Positions 24,414-35,039 of a stretch of 64,000 bases of DNA are shown piece after piece (the first letter of the stretch is position 1; each line of letters begins with the position of its first letter). The position numbers and the translations under genes were made by a program. The stretch comes from Mytilus trossulus (lineage: Eukaryota): contig NC_086383.1 in assembly GCF_036588685.1 (NCBI RefSeq), positions 9,982,001 through 10,046,000 of the forward strand, written 5' to 3'. A model generated the notes under the pieces. That model had not been told where the DNA came from, made no database searches, and worked only from the letters and a program-made list of their open reading frames with translations.

Positions 24414-25639
24414 GTGAACTTAATTTTTCTTGGCTTATACTTCTATTGAATAAACCCCCAATTTAATGCAAATTATTTCTAAGTATTATCATGCAAACAA
24501 ATAATATAACTGCCTTAGACTACAAAATAAGTCAATTGACCATACAGCAATTTGATTGGATATTCCGACTAAATGCGTCATGAGGTTTTAATTTGACGTC
24601 ACTATAATTTGAATGTAAACAACCAGGGTCAGCTGCTCCAGTATTGAACAATATTGTACATTCAATGACTGAGAAACAATTATGAGTAGCCAGGTTTGAA
24701 AATACACAGTAATAAAAAAAAAAAAAAGCTGAGTTTACAGAAAAGATATGAGAAAAAAGTACCATTATCACGAGATACACAAAAGTTAGTATCTTCTTGT
24801 TAAATATTGATTGCCCTGAAAAGGATTGTTTATAAGAGGTATCAACGGCACTTGATGCATGTCCAAAGTCTTATTTTCTCGTCTTGTGTATATTTTTTGG
24901 GGTTTTTCGTCCATCCTTGCAACCAAATGAAAATTAATTGAATTGATCAGGGTCATGCGATAAAGTGTTACCTTATATAATGGTTTGTTACATATGTAAG
25001 GTGATATAATTGGAATTGCTGTCATTCAAACATAAAGCATTAACTTTTAAAATTTGTATTATTCAGATCATCTTTGCATATGATAAAAAATATCCTGTCG
25101 ACACATAAAATAAAAAAAAAAACATTCTGATGGACAACATCATTGTTTTTTTTATATCAGTCACTGGACCATGGACGTAAATCTGAGAGTTTATAGAAAT
25201 ATCTATGGACAAATAAATAACACGACGGGTGCCGTATACGGTGCAGGAAATGCTTACTCATCCGGAGCACCAGATTTCACTCCCGGTTTATAGTGTAGTT
25301 CGTATTGCTTCTTATGTATTAATTATACCTGTTGGTGTATATGTCTTTTGGATTTACAAGTCTCTGTTTACTCCCGGGTTTTGATTGTTATTGTCTTGTA
25401 AGAAATTCCTATCAATTTAACATAAGGATAATATTTAATATCACAAATAGCTAAGTCAATATGTCATAAGCTACAGGTCCTCACATAGTCGTCAAACTAA
25501 ATTGTATTGATAGTATTGCAACGTTACAGATTTAACAAACTTAAGCAAAAAACCCTACCATTAAAAAATACAAATTAATTGAAATTCACTGGATTATAAC
25601 CTTGGATCAGGACCTCAAATCGTCAATGAAATGACAAAA

Positions 25640-26610
25640 CACAGTACACAGAACTTAAACTCCATCAAAGGAAAAAATCCCGGTAATAGGAATGAGGGTG
25701 TTGACCTCAGGAATAACTAAAGGGTAACCGAAACATGGTTTCCATGTGGCACCCATAGTGTTGCTCATATTATTACAAACCGATTCTAAATCTAATTTGC
25801 TTGGTTCCATTCTATAAAAAAGTACAGGAATGTAGTTACGTTGTATGGAACTTATTTATTATCAACCAATGAACGGATATTCTATAACATTCAACAAACT
25901 CGTCATGGCGTCCGTGAACCTCACTTGTAAACTTGTCTTTCATTTTTGATGATTTCTATATACCTGTTTACGTGTTTCTTTGATACATATGGCGTGGCGC
26001 TTTACGTATCTTTTCCGTCATTGTGTTATTGTGCTACTGCAAATTATGGTCATCGTGTCCTTATTTTTATGCTAATTGGCTTTATTTATCTGCCTTTTTG
26101 TGCTTCGTTGTTTAATTCGTATATTTTTTTTATAGTGATTAAGATGATACTATAATGATGACTGTTGTACCCCTATTTTTGTTCACACCTCATTTTGAAT
26201 ATAAAGGTATTTGATGCCAACTGTCTTAAAAGTGAGAAGTTTTGCTACCTATAAAACCAGGTAAAATCTACCATTTTCAACATAGCTAATGCCTGTACCA
26301 AGTCAAGAATATAACAGTTGTTTATACATTCGTTTGGTGTGTTTGAGCGTTAGATTTTGTTAATTTATATGGGGCTTTTCTTTTTTTGAATTATTCTCGG
26401 AGTTTTGTTTTATTATGATCTTGCTTTTTACGTAGGTATGACTTCATCTTCATCAAAAGGAACTCTTGGTTAAAAAGTTTCATTGTGAACAGAAACCCTC
26501 TATCAAGGAAATCAGGATAGGATATATAAGTCCTAATCTATCGTTTCAATAGAGATAGAGATATCAACTCCGTATGCAGGCGCTGGTGAAAAGTTGCTTT
26601 ATAGACATGA
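25640..26610 (-). mobile_element. Degraded Penelope-like fragments interrupted by another repeat
   Basis: Segments such as catggcgtccgt, aaccctctatcaag and cgtatgcagg match the 29924 element. Confidence 0.55.
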
Positions 26611-27660
26611 AAATGAAATGAATAAGTTCGTTGATTATAGGTTGCATAATTCATGACGATGCATGCTATGCGTTAAATCATCTGCTTAGCTTAATGTTCT
26701 TTTCATAGATAAAGGAAGATGTGGTATGAGTGCCAACGAAACAACTCTCCATTCAAATAACAATTAATAAAGTAAACCAATATAGGTCAACGTTCGGCCT
26801 TCAATACGGAGCCTTGGCTCACAATAAGCTATACATTGCCACAAAATTACTAGACGTGTAAAACCATTTAAACAGGAAAACCAACGGTCTAATCTATATA
26901 AAAAAACGAGAAACGAGAAACAAGGACAGGCGCAATTATTTGCAGCGGGATTAAACGTTTTAATGGTACCAAGCCTTCTCCTTTTTTTTCTGAAACAAAA
27001 GCATAACATCAAAACATAGAAAATTATTGAGAATTAATATAATAAATACTATTATAGTCCTTGTCAGACGTTTAGAAAAAAAAACATCATGTTTATTCAA
27101 ACAAGTCAAAATATTTGATTTCTATTATCTTTTGAACATAATAACCTTCTGTGCTCAACATTGGATTTTGTCACTATGTCATAATTTGATAGTTTTAGAT
27201 ATAAATATCCATTTGGAAGTTAGTTTTCATTATGTCTTTTTATGTATACACCTGCATTTTTGGTGATAAACTGAAAACAAGAAATGTAGATATATTTTCT
27301 TGAAAAATTTGTTCAGAACCTAGGCCCTAAATGCAGCACTATCTGCCAGAAAAAGTGACTGCACACTTTAAACTATATCAGCATTTTCCCATAACACCAC
27401 AAAGCTTCTATGTTTTGTAAAATGAAGTGTCGATGTTTGTTTGTTTTCTGAAGGAATACAGCGAGTCGTTAGTTTACGACGTAAATTAAAAATGTATACG
27501 TATATATGAAAACATTTTGATATAGAACTAATGATGGTAAACATTTTGATAAATGAATAAGGACAGACATTTCAAATAATGTTTCTATGTTCAAATCTTC
27601 CAAGATTTTTAGAAAAAAAAATGTTTGAATCGTCTTTCTTGTCGAAATTAGGTTTTAAAA

Positions 27661-29466
27661 CTATAAAATTGAACACCAATCAACAATACTCCATCTTGAA
27701 TTTGAACTGATTCGTGGTTCTTCGACATTGAGTGTCAACTCCTCGTTTGAAGATTGATTGGTTGATGGTTGATTGGCGTCAATTTGCATCTTTTCGGTTG
27801 AAAGCAAGTGAACTAATCTTGTAATGACTTCCTTAAAATCCCAATGTTTTGTTTGTAGAAAATTAAAGTACTCGTCTACTTCTTTTCTGAATAAATCATC
27901 CTCAATAATATCCAGTATTGAATTTACGGACGGAAGGAAACATAAGAGAGAACGTGTATCGTCATGATGAATTTTAGGTACTTTTGGATTGGTTCTCCGT
28001 TTGCCTGGTTTACTGTCGGATGGATTAAAATATATGTCTTTAACATCAACAGGTCGATTGGAAAACAATACTTTGTCATTTATGGTTTGCATGTTTATCT
28101 TCTTCAGTGAGCAACATCCTACGGAGTCAAATCGTTTTGCATTGATCATTTGGAAGTAAATTTCGCTCAACTCCCACAATGTTGACCTCTCTATTTCCTG
28201 AATGATAAATTCATCGTCTTCTCTGATGTCGCTGGTGACAGTGGCATCTTTTGGAATCAAACGTTTTAAAGATGGTGAATACTTCAATTTGTTTTGTAGA
28301 TGTTTAGTTTTCATCGAGACGTATTCAACAAAGTTAAAGTCGATTTGATCATAACAATGTTTTAGTATAACAAATAGCTCAATTACGCGTGTGTCGATAC
28401 TGTCTGTCCAATAAGAATCATCTGGATAAAAGTCCATCATATACAAAAGTATATTTTTTAGTGAATATGAGCTAACTATCGATTCAATGCATCGTGTACA
28501 ATGTTCGCGAACTTCGATCATTGGAAGAAATGTCTTAACAATGAGTTTTGCTAAAGTGTAAACCCTTTTTCGGCTTTCTGTTTTCAAAAGAGCTTTTTCA
28601 AGATGAGCTTTGCTTGGTCGAAATGCATGATTTTCATATCTGAAAATGGCAAAGACTATTCCTTCTTCGTTAGCCAACTTATTTATATAGTACCGCTTTA
28701 TTTCCAATTCCTTTGCGTGTGGAGAGAGTGTGTCCTTTTCAAAAGGTATCAAAATGGTAACATCAATGTCTACTTTGAAATTGTTTAGGGTACGTATCAA
28801 ATGGAAGGTGGCAGCAGTTTTCCTAACATAGAAATTGCAACCAGTCAGCTGAATTTTCCAATAATCAGGCAAATTGTCAACCAACGCTGCTAGCAGGAGT
28901 TCGTGTATGTAATATCTAATATGAATTGAAGATGCATTTCGGGTTCCAAATTTGAAATCCCTGACATATTTCCGAATATTTTTATTTTTCGACATTAGGT
29001 TTGGCCAAAATATATCTATCTCTGATAGCTGTGGTAAAATAATGACAAAATCAAATTCATCTGGTCTTCCAACTTTGGTTTGTTCGCTCATGCTGCCAGC
29101 TAGACGTAGTTCACTGTTTCGAAACACTAAATACTTTTTTTGTAGTAATTTTAAAGTATTGTCTAATAGTTTTTCTATATCAGTTTGAACATTTTGAACA
29201 TCTCCATGTTCCCCTTTTTTAGCATTTTCTTTTGAATACAGTTTTGTCAAAAACGGGGACAGATGTCTACTATGTGTTTGTAACATCTTTCCTGCTTGTG
29301 TTTCTAAATGGGAAATATGTTGGTTGATATGGAATAAATCTGGCATCATTTCAGCAGCCCAGCTACTATTCGTTATGCTTTCAACAGTATGTTCGTGATC
29401 TCTTGGTTGGCTCTCATATGGCCATTTCAGTAAATTGCTATGTGTGGCGGAACAGCGTGAATCCAT
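27661..29466 (-). CDS. cGAS-like receptor (cGLR; Mab-21/MB21D nucleotidyltransferase) with C-terminal CaaX
   Basis: Part of the 662-aa ORF 27661-29649. Motifs: LAGSMSEQTKVGRPDEFDFVIIL (GS..D-x-D), third acidic site KVDIDVT, and Mab-21 C-lobe RPSKAHLEKALL / LAKLIVK / SSYSLKNILLYM..W. The likely start is Met62 (29466), just after the acceptor ttttatttcag. The first 61 codons look intronic. Confidence 0.92.
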   Translation of the reverse strand: MDSRCSATHSNLLKWPYESQPRDHEHTVESITNSSWAAEMMPDLFHINQHISHLETQAGKMLQTHSRHLSPFLTKLYSKENAKKGEHGDVQNVQTDIEKLLDNTLKLLQKKYLVFRNSELRLAGSMSEQTKVGRPDEFDFVIILPQLSEIDIFWPNLMSKNKNIRKYVRDFKFGTRNASSIHIRYYIHELLLAALVDNLPDYWKIQLTGCNFYVRKTAATFHLIRTLNNFKVDIDVTILIPFEKDTLSPHAKELEIKRYYINKLANEEGIVFAIFRYENHAFRPSKAHLEKALLKTESRKRVYTLAKLIVKTFLPMIEVREHCTRCIESIVSSYSLKNILLYMMDFYPDDSYWTDSIDTRVIELFVILKHCYDQIDFNFVEYVSMKTKHLQNKLKYSPSLKRLIPKDATVTSDIREDDEFIIQEIERSTLWELSEIYFQMINAKRFDSVGCCSLKKINMQTINDKVLFSNRPVDVKDIYFNPSDSKPGKRRTNPKVPKIHHDDTRSLLCFLPSVNSILDIIEDDLFRKEVDEYFNFLQTKHWDFKEVITRLVHLLSTEKMQIDANQPSTNQSSNEELTLNVEEPRISSNSRWSIVDWCSIL

Positions 29467-29923
29467 TATTGCTGAAATAAAAGTTACTTTATTTGAATTT
29501 ATTGTAGGCTCAATGAAACGACTGTAAATGGTACACATGAGTTTGTCTTTCTGGTTTTTGAAATATAGGATTTCGCTACTTTTTCTATAAATAAACTTTA
29601 TCCTATACTTAAAGGAAAAAGAAAATAAAAATCTGAGTTGACCGTTCATTTAAGCCAATAATATTAAATGAACCCAAATTCGGATTTCAAAAGAAGCATG
29701 GAATTTTGTTAAGGTACTCTTATTCTGTTGAAAAAAAGTAATATCGAATAAATAAACCTAATTACAGAATCGCTTAAATTTTACAAAAGAAACAAAAAAT
29801 AAAAAAATATAGGTCGCCGGTGAATTGAAAAAGATATTTTAATTTCAATGCAAAAAAAATCACATTTATTCATCGAACGGAAATAATTTGGAGCTTTTGC
29901 AATGACATAAACATTTTATAAGA

Positions 29924-31240
29924 GGAACGAAAGATAGCATAGGGTCAGTCAAACTCATCAATTGAAAATAAACTGACAACGCCATGGCTATAAAAAAGAA
30001 AAAAATACAAACAGAACACTTGACGCAACATAGAAAACTAAATAATATGCAACACGAACCCCACCAAAAACTAGGGTAATATCAGGTGGTCTGGAAGGGA
30101 AAGCAGCTCCTGTTCCACATGTGACAACCGTCGAGTTGCTCATGTTATTACAAATCGGATAAATAGTCTAATTCGATAAGTCACATTATGAAAGGGAAGA
30201 GGTTGTAGTTACGAAGTAAGGAACATATTCGATAACGGTTATTTCATAACAGTCAACCAATTCGTGATGGCGTCTGTAAAATTTACGAAAAGATGATTTC
30301 TACTTCACCATTTTGAACCCTTGGTATAATAGCTGCCCTCTTTGAGCAGCAAACCTCTATCAAGAAAATCATAATCGGAAATGCAAGCACGAGAAAATCG
30401 TATCAATTGCGAGATTTATACCCCGTATGTAGGTGCTGCTGGATTGATGCAACCTAGAAATGAAGTTCGCAATTGTAAATCTGAAATCATCTCTTTTTTC
30501 ATGAAGGTTTGTTGTCAACTGACCCTCATTGTCAGTTTCTAGATGTAAGTCAAGTTATGAGGCCGACTTAACTGTATCTGTTGTATCCTTTATCCTTTAT
30601 CTCTAGTTCGATGGGATAGATGCGTCCAACATTGTCACCATATTTTGAATTATTTAAGTGAATAAACATCAAAACATCATCTATATAGCGGAAAGTAGAA
30701 TTAAAGGATATTGCTAACTTCTTTTTTTTTCATAAGAAGTTTCCTGAATGAAGTCAGCCTGATAATAATAGAGAAACAATTCTGCAAGGAGAGGGGCATG
30801 ATTGATTCCCATTGCAAAGCCGACAGTCTGTTGAAAAACAAGTACTATGAACGTAACAAATATGTTGTCAATCAAAAATTTAAAGCATATTGATAATGTC
30901 AGTTTCAGAGTTTTTTTTTGTTTGAATCTGAGTTATCCTGTATAAAGAAGGATTTATTCCTTCCTTAGAAAAGATACTTGTATCTACATTTACATCGTTG
31001 TACTGATGGATTTAGACTAACGATATTTTGCAGTGAAGTGTTACTGACAACGTTGTGGTCACCGGTAATAACGTTGCCAGTCAGATTATATGTGAATTTT
31101 GAACTAGATAAAGTGCAATCAAGAGGTTTAGACTTGATAACTAATTAGACTTGAATTCGTCAATATTGAGATCCTGTGAAACGTGTTTGTATTTGAAATA
31201 AGTTTGGTATAGGTATCGGTATAAGAAATGATTGGTACAG
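29924..31240 (-). mobile_element. Penelope-like retroelement RT fragment (in the region 5' of the cGLR coding exon)
   Basis: Minus-strand remnants RYIDDV, KSASxLDLHLE and PAAPTYGVxISQLIR, with a 3' terminal segment shared with 2655-2910 and 45813-46040. Confidence 0.8.
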
Positions 31241-33499
31241 ACTTATCGTTGAAATAAGGAGGTATTTGTGATTGAACTAAAAACATTAAGGACCACAACG
31301 AATACAATACCTTTTTAAAAATAAGATAAATTGTCAGCTCTGTAACACCGTATTATTTCTAAATTATAACAATAATAATAAAACTACTAGTTTATCAAAC
31401 ACTTATAAAAGTGCTGTCAACACGGAACTGAGTATACATCAATTTGATCTAATCTAACTTGACCTAAACACCTATTGAGCGAATCAATCTTTAACTCCCG
31501 GTTTTTATATCACATTATGTTATTACCAATGGAGATACTGTTAACATAAACGAACAGTACAAAATGTCTACATCTTTGAAATTAATTTGAACAATGTGTT
31601 GACAATATATAAAAAAAACATACTAGAAGCATTATCAAATGCGTAATAAATCACTGAAAAAAATCTGTTCAAAGATGAAATGAAACAGAATATGGGCAAA
31701 TAAAAGGGTACTTTTAGGTAAACATTATACTTGAAAATTAATATAGACTGAAAGTTATGAAATTTGGCGCATGCTAGTAAAGTTCAATATAGTTAGATTT
31801 ATTCTTTTCTGTGTAAGATTTAAATTTCTGCATCATAATAATTTCACGTTAAAATGCAGCATTTATCAATAACAAGATAAATAAAGATACCTTTATAATA
31901 TGTAGACGAAACGCGCGTCTGGCATAAGTATAAAATTTCAATCCTGGTATCTATGATGAGTTTGTTTCCATCACTGTCTTACATATTCAGAATTAATGTG
32001 TAAGAGCAAGTTGTACTCGATCTTAAATATTAAGACTTACCATTGGAAAAAGTACGTCTTTCTCGTTGATTAAAACAATAATGGCCGCCTACTTCGTCAC
32101 AGGTATTTCCATTTACGACTTTGAATAACTCTGTCATCGTATATAGTATCTGATAGTTATTATTTACTTCAATGTTATAAAGGCATCTTTCTTTAGATTA
32201 TTCTTTTAACTGAAATAAGATACGTTACATTCTTTAACACAAAAGAATAGTTCATGAGTGTGTGCGGGACAATGTGTCTTTTTAATTTTCATGTTTACTT
32301 CGTAATTAAAATTGTGAAAAGGCCTTATAAGAATGGTTGATTTGAATAAAATATATGTGATCTTTACCTTTTAATCACTTGAATAATCTATATATTTATA
32401 CAGTCCTTACGAGGATATATTTTTCGTACTGAACTGGCAATCATTTCAGTACTTTGAGAGCATATTTAATCTATTTGACAATATCATAACATACGAAACA
32501 ATAGCTTTGTCATAATTTAACTGCACATAGGGGAGTACCTTGCTGGTTGAGTGTTAGTGGTACATTTTTTCCTTTTTCTTAACTTTGTCTTACAATATTT
32601 GTTTTAAACTTAATGATGTTTTAATACCCATTGCGTAAACCTTCATAATTAAAGCCGCCTCCAAATGATATGTCTAAATTAGATTAAATGTTATTGTCAA
32701 ACCGGTATAAACTGTTTTTCATTAATTTCAGATAATTTGATAAAAGAAAGGCGAAATATACCGAATGATAATTAAAACGTGTACGTATAAGTCTGTTGGA
32801 CTAATGAGGTATAATGTTAACAGTAGAAAGTGCAATTTGTTGTTGAATATAAAAAAAAGTCGAAATCAAACTGATAATGCAATGGCCACAGCTAATATCG
32901 ACCAAAGGCCAAATAGCAGTACACAAAACATAATATAGAGAAATAAAACACGAAAAAGTACACAAACCGAAAATCAGTCTTATCAAAGTACATGCATACA
33001 ACATATCCTTGAAAAATCGTGATAAAGCAACTTTAAACTAACATAAACACAAATTTTGATTTGTATCCTTTGAAAATTAATGTAAATCAACCATGACAAG
33101 GGTGTTAAACTGCTGAATCTCCATCGAAATTAACCGTAAATCAGCAGTGGTGCATTTTAGATTGAACCAATCAAAATGTTTATAACATGTTTGATCCTTG
33201 TTAGAAAAATATATTCTGACCGCCATGCAAATTGAATAAGTAGTGAATATTTAGTTAATTCAGTATAAAAATGCAATCAATATTCAAAGTACTGCATGTG
33301 TATTTATCCATGTGATAAGTAATAAGTGTGTATCACAGATTTTGCATTCTTATTTTTAACATCTTTAAGAATATGTTTAATACAAAAATAGTTGAACAGT
33401 ACATATGCAAATCAAAAAACAACATTTGAACACTAATAAATAACATAATCATTCGTGTAAAAGTGCAGTAGTGTGATAGGCAATTGAATTCTTCACTCG

Positions 33500-34577
33500 A
33501 AAAACTGCTGTAACCTTCTATTAGGTTCGTTACGCAGACGGCTTTGAAGTAGATATCGATGTTACAATTTTGATTCCTTTTGAAAAAGCCACACTCTCCC
33601 CATATGCAGATAACCTGAATATAAAACAATATAGTACTATATAGATAAGTTAGCTAACAGCAAGGGAGTTATCTGTGCAATTTTTTTTTTATTATGGTGA
33701 GATAATAAATAAAATAATTATTAATCGTAAAATATAATACAATTTTCAGATATGAAAACCATGCATTTCGCCCAAGCAAAGCTCATCTCCAGAAAGCTTT
33801 TTTGAAGAATGAAAGCAGACAAAGGGTTTACGCTGTAGCAATTGTAAAGACATTTCGACCCACAATCATATGGAGGTTCGCGAACATTGTAGACGATGCA
33901 AAGAATCGATAGTTGGATCTTACACACAAATATCCTTTTTTATATGATACATTTTTATCCAGATGATTCCAGTTGGTCGGACAGTCATTTCAGCACACGC
34001 GTAATAGAAATCTTTGATATTCTAAAACATTGTTATGACCAAACCATGCGTAACTTTGTTGAATATATCTCATTAAAGATGAAACGTCTAGAAAACAAAT
34101 TTAGGTATTCACCGTCTTTAAAAACTTTTGATTCCAATAGATGTCACCGTCACCAGCGACATCAGTTGCGATGATAAATGGATAGATCAGTAGGGATCAA
34201 GTTCTCGTGTGTTCAGTGAAATTCACTACCAAATAAATGCAAAACGATTCGGACCAAATGCCGAAAATTATAAGAAGACTGACATAAAAGACAAGGTGAG
34301 GTTCTGCTATAGACATATACATGGTGAGATAAATTTTAATCCATTCGAAAGAACACCAGGCAAATGAAAGATCGATCCTAAAAGACCACAAATCATCATT
34401 AGCTATGCAACACCTCCTCTTTCGTGTTTCCTGCCTTCCAAGGGAGATATATATGATTTAATCGGCGATGCATCCTTCCAAGGGGAAGTATAGAAGTACT
34501 TTTGTTTTCTGCAAGACGAATCTTGGGATTTTAAGGAGGTCATTAACGGACTAGTTTAGTTGATTTTAACCAAGAAA
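33500..34577 (+). pseudogene. Inverted, 5'-truncated cGLR paralog pseudogene
   Basis: Colinear remnants: KTAVTF, VDIDVTILIPFEK, RYENHAFRPSKAHLQKA, EHCRRCKES, FYPDDSSWSD..TRVIEIFDILKHCYDQ, WDFKEVI. It has stops, frameshifts and a 62-nt insertion. No GS/DEFD segment is visible. Confidence 0.9.
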
Positions 34578-35039
34578 GGTACAAATGAAAAGAAAAGATT
34601 TTTTTTACATTTTTCACATATATATATTACTAACCAATACTAACAGCATAAATAAAAGCACAAACATGTTAGTTCTGTAAATTTGCTGCATATGTTTTCA
34701 ATTTAGACTTGTAAACATATAAATATATGTTATTTACTTATTTTACCGAGACCGAGACAAAGTGCCGATTGTTGATGTTTTAAAGGTATTGATTAAAACA
34801 AATATAATACAAAAAAACGAAGAAACACATTTGACATGCGGAACATAACATACAAATAATAGTAACAAGGATTCAAAACACCTGTCCAAAACTCAGTATT
34901 AATATCATGAATCTATTTCACAAAGTCTTAAAACTTTTACCGTCTTTTTTATATTGAACAATTTATTATTTTGTATAATTTATAATGTTGATGTTGTTAC
35001 ACAATATTTGCCTAAGTGTATTAGTAATAAATTTGTTAT

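Noticed and set aside
24532-25025. Possible decayed sushi- and PAN-like exons of CUB gene A (VIEC.., ISPYICNKP..NSINF)
   Set aside because: The position fits, but Cys patterns are incomplete and there is no nucleotide match to copy B.
29467-29649. N-terminal 61 codons of the 662-aa ORF
   Set aside because: AT-rich, F/K/I/Y-biased sequence upstream of a good splice acceptor; probably intron read-through.
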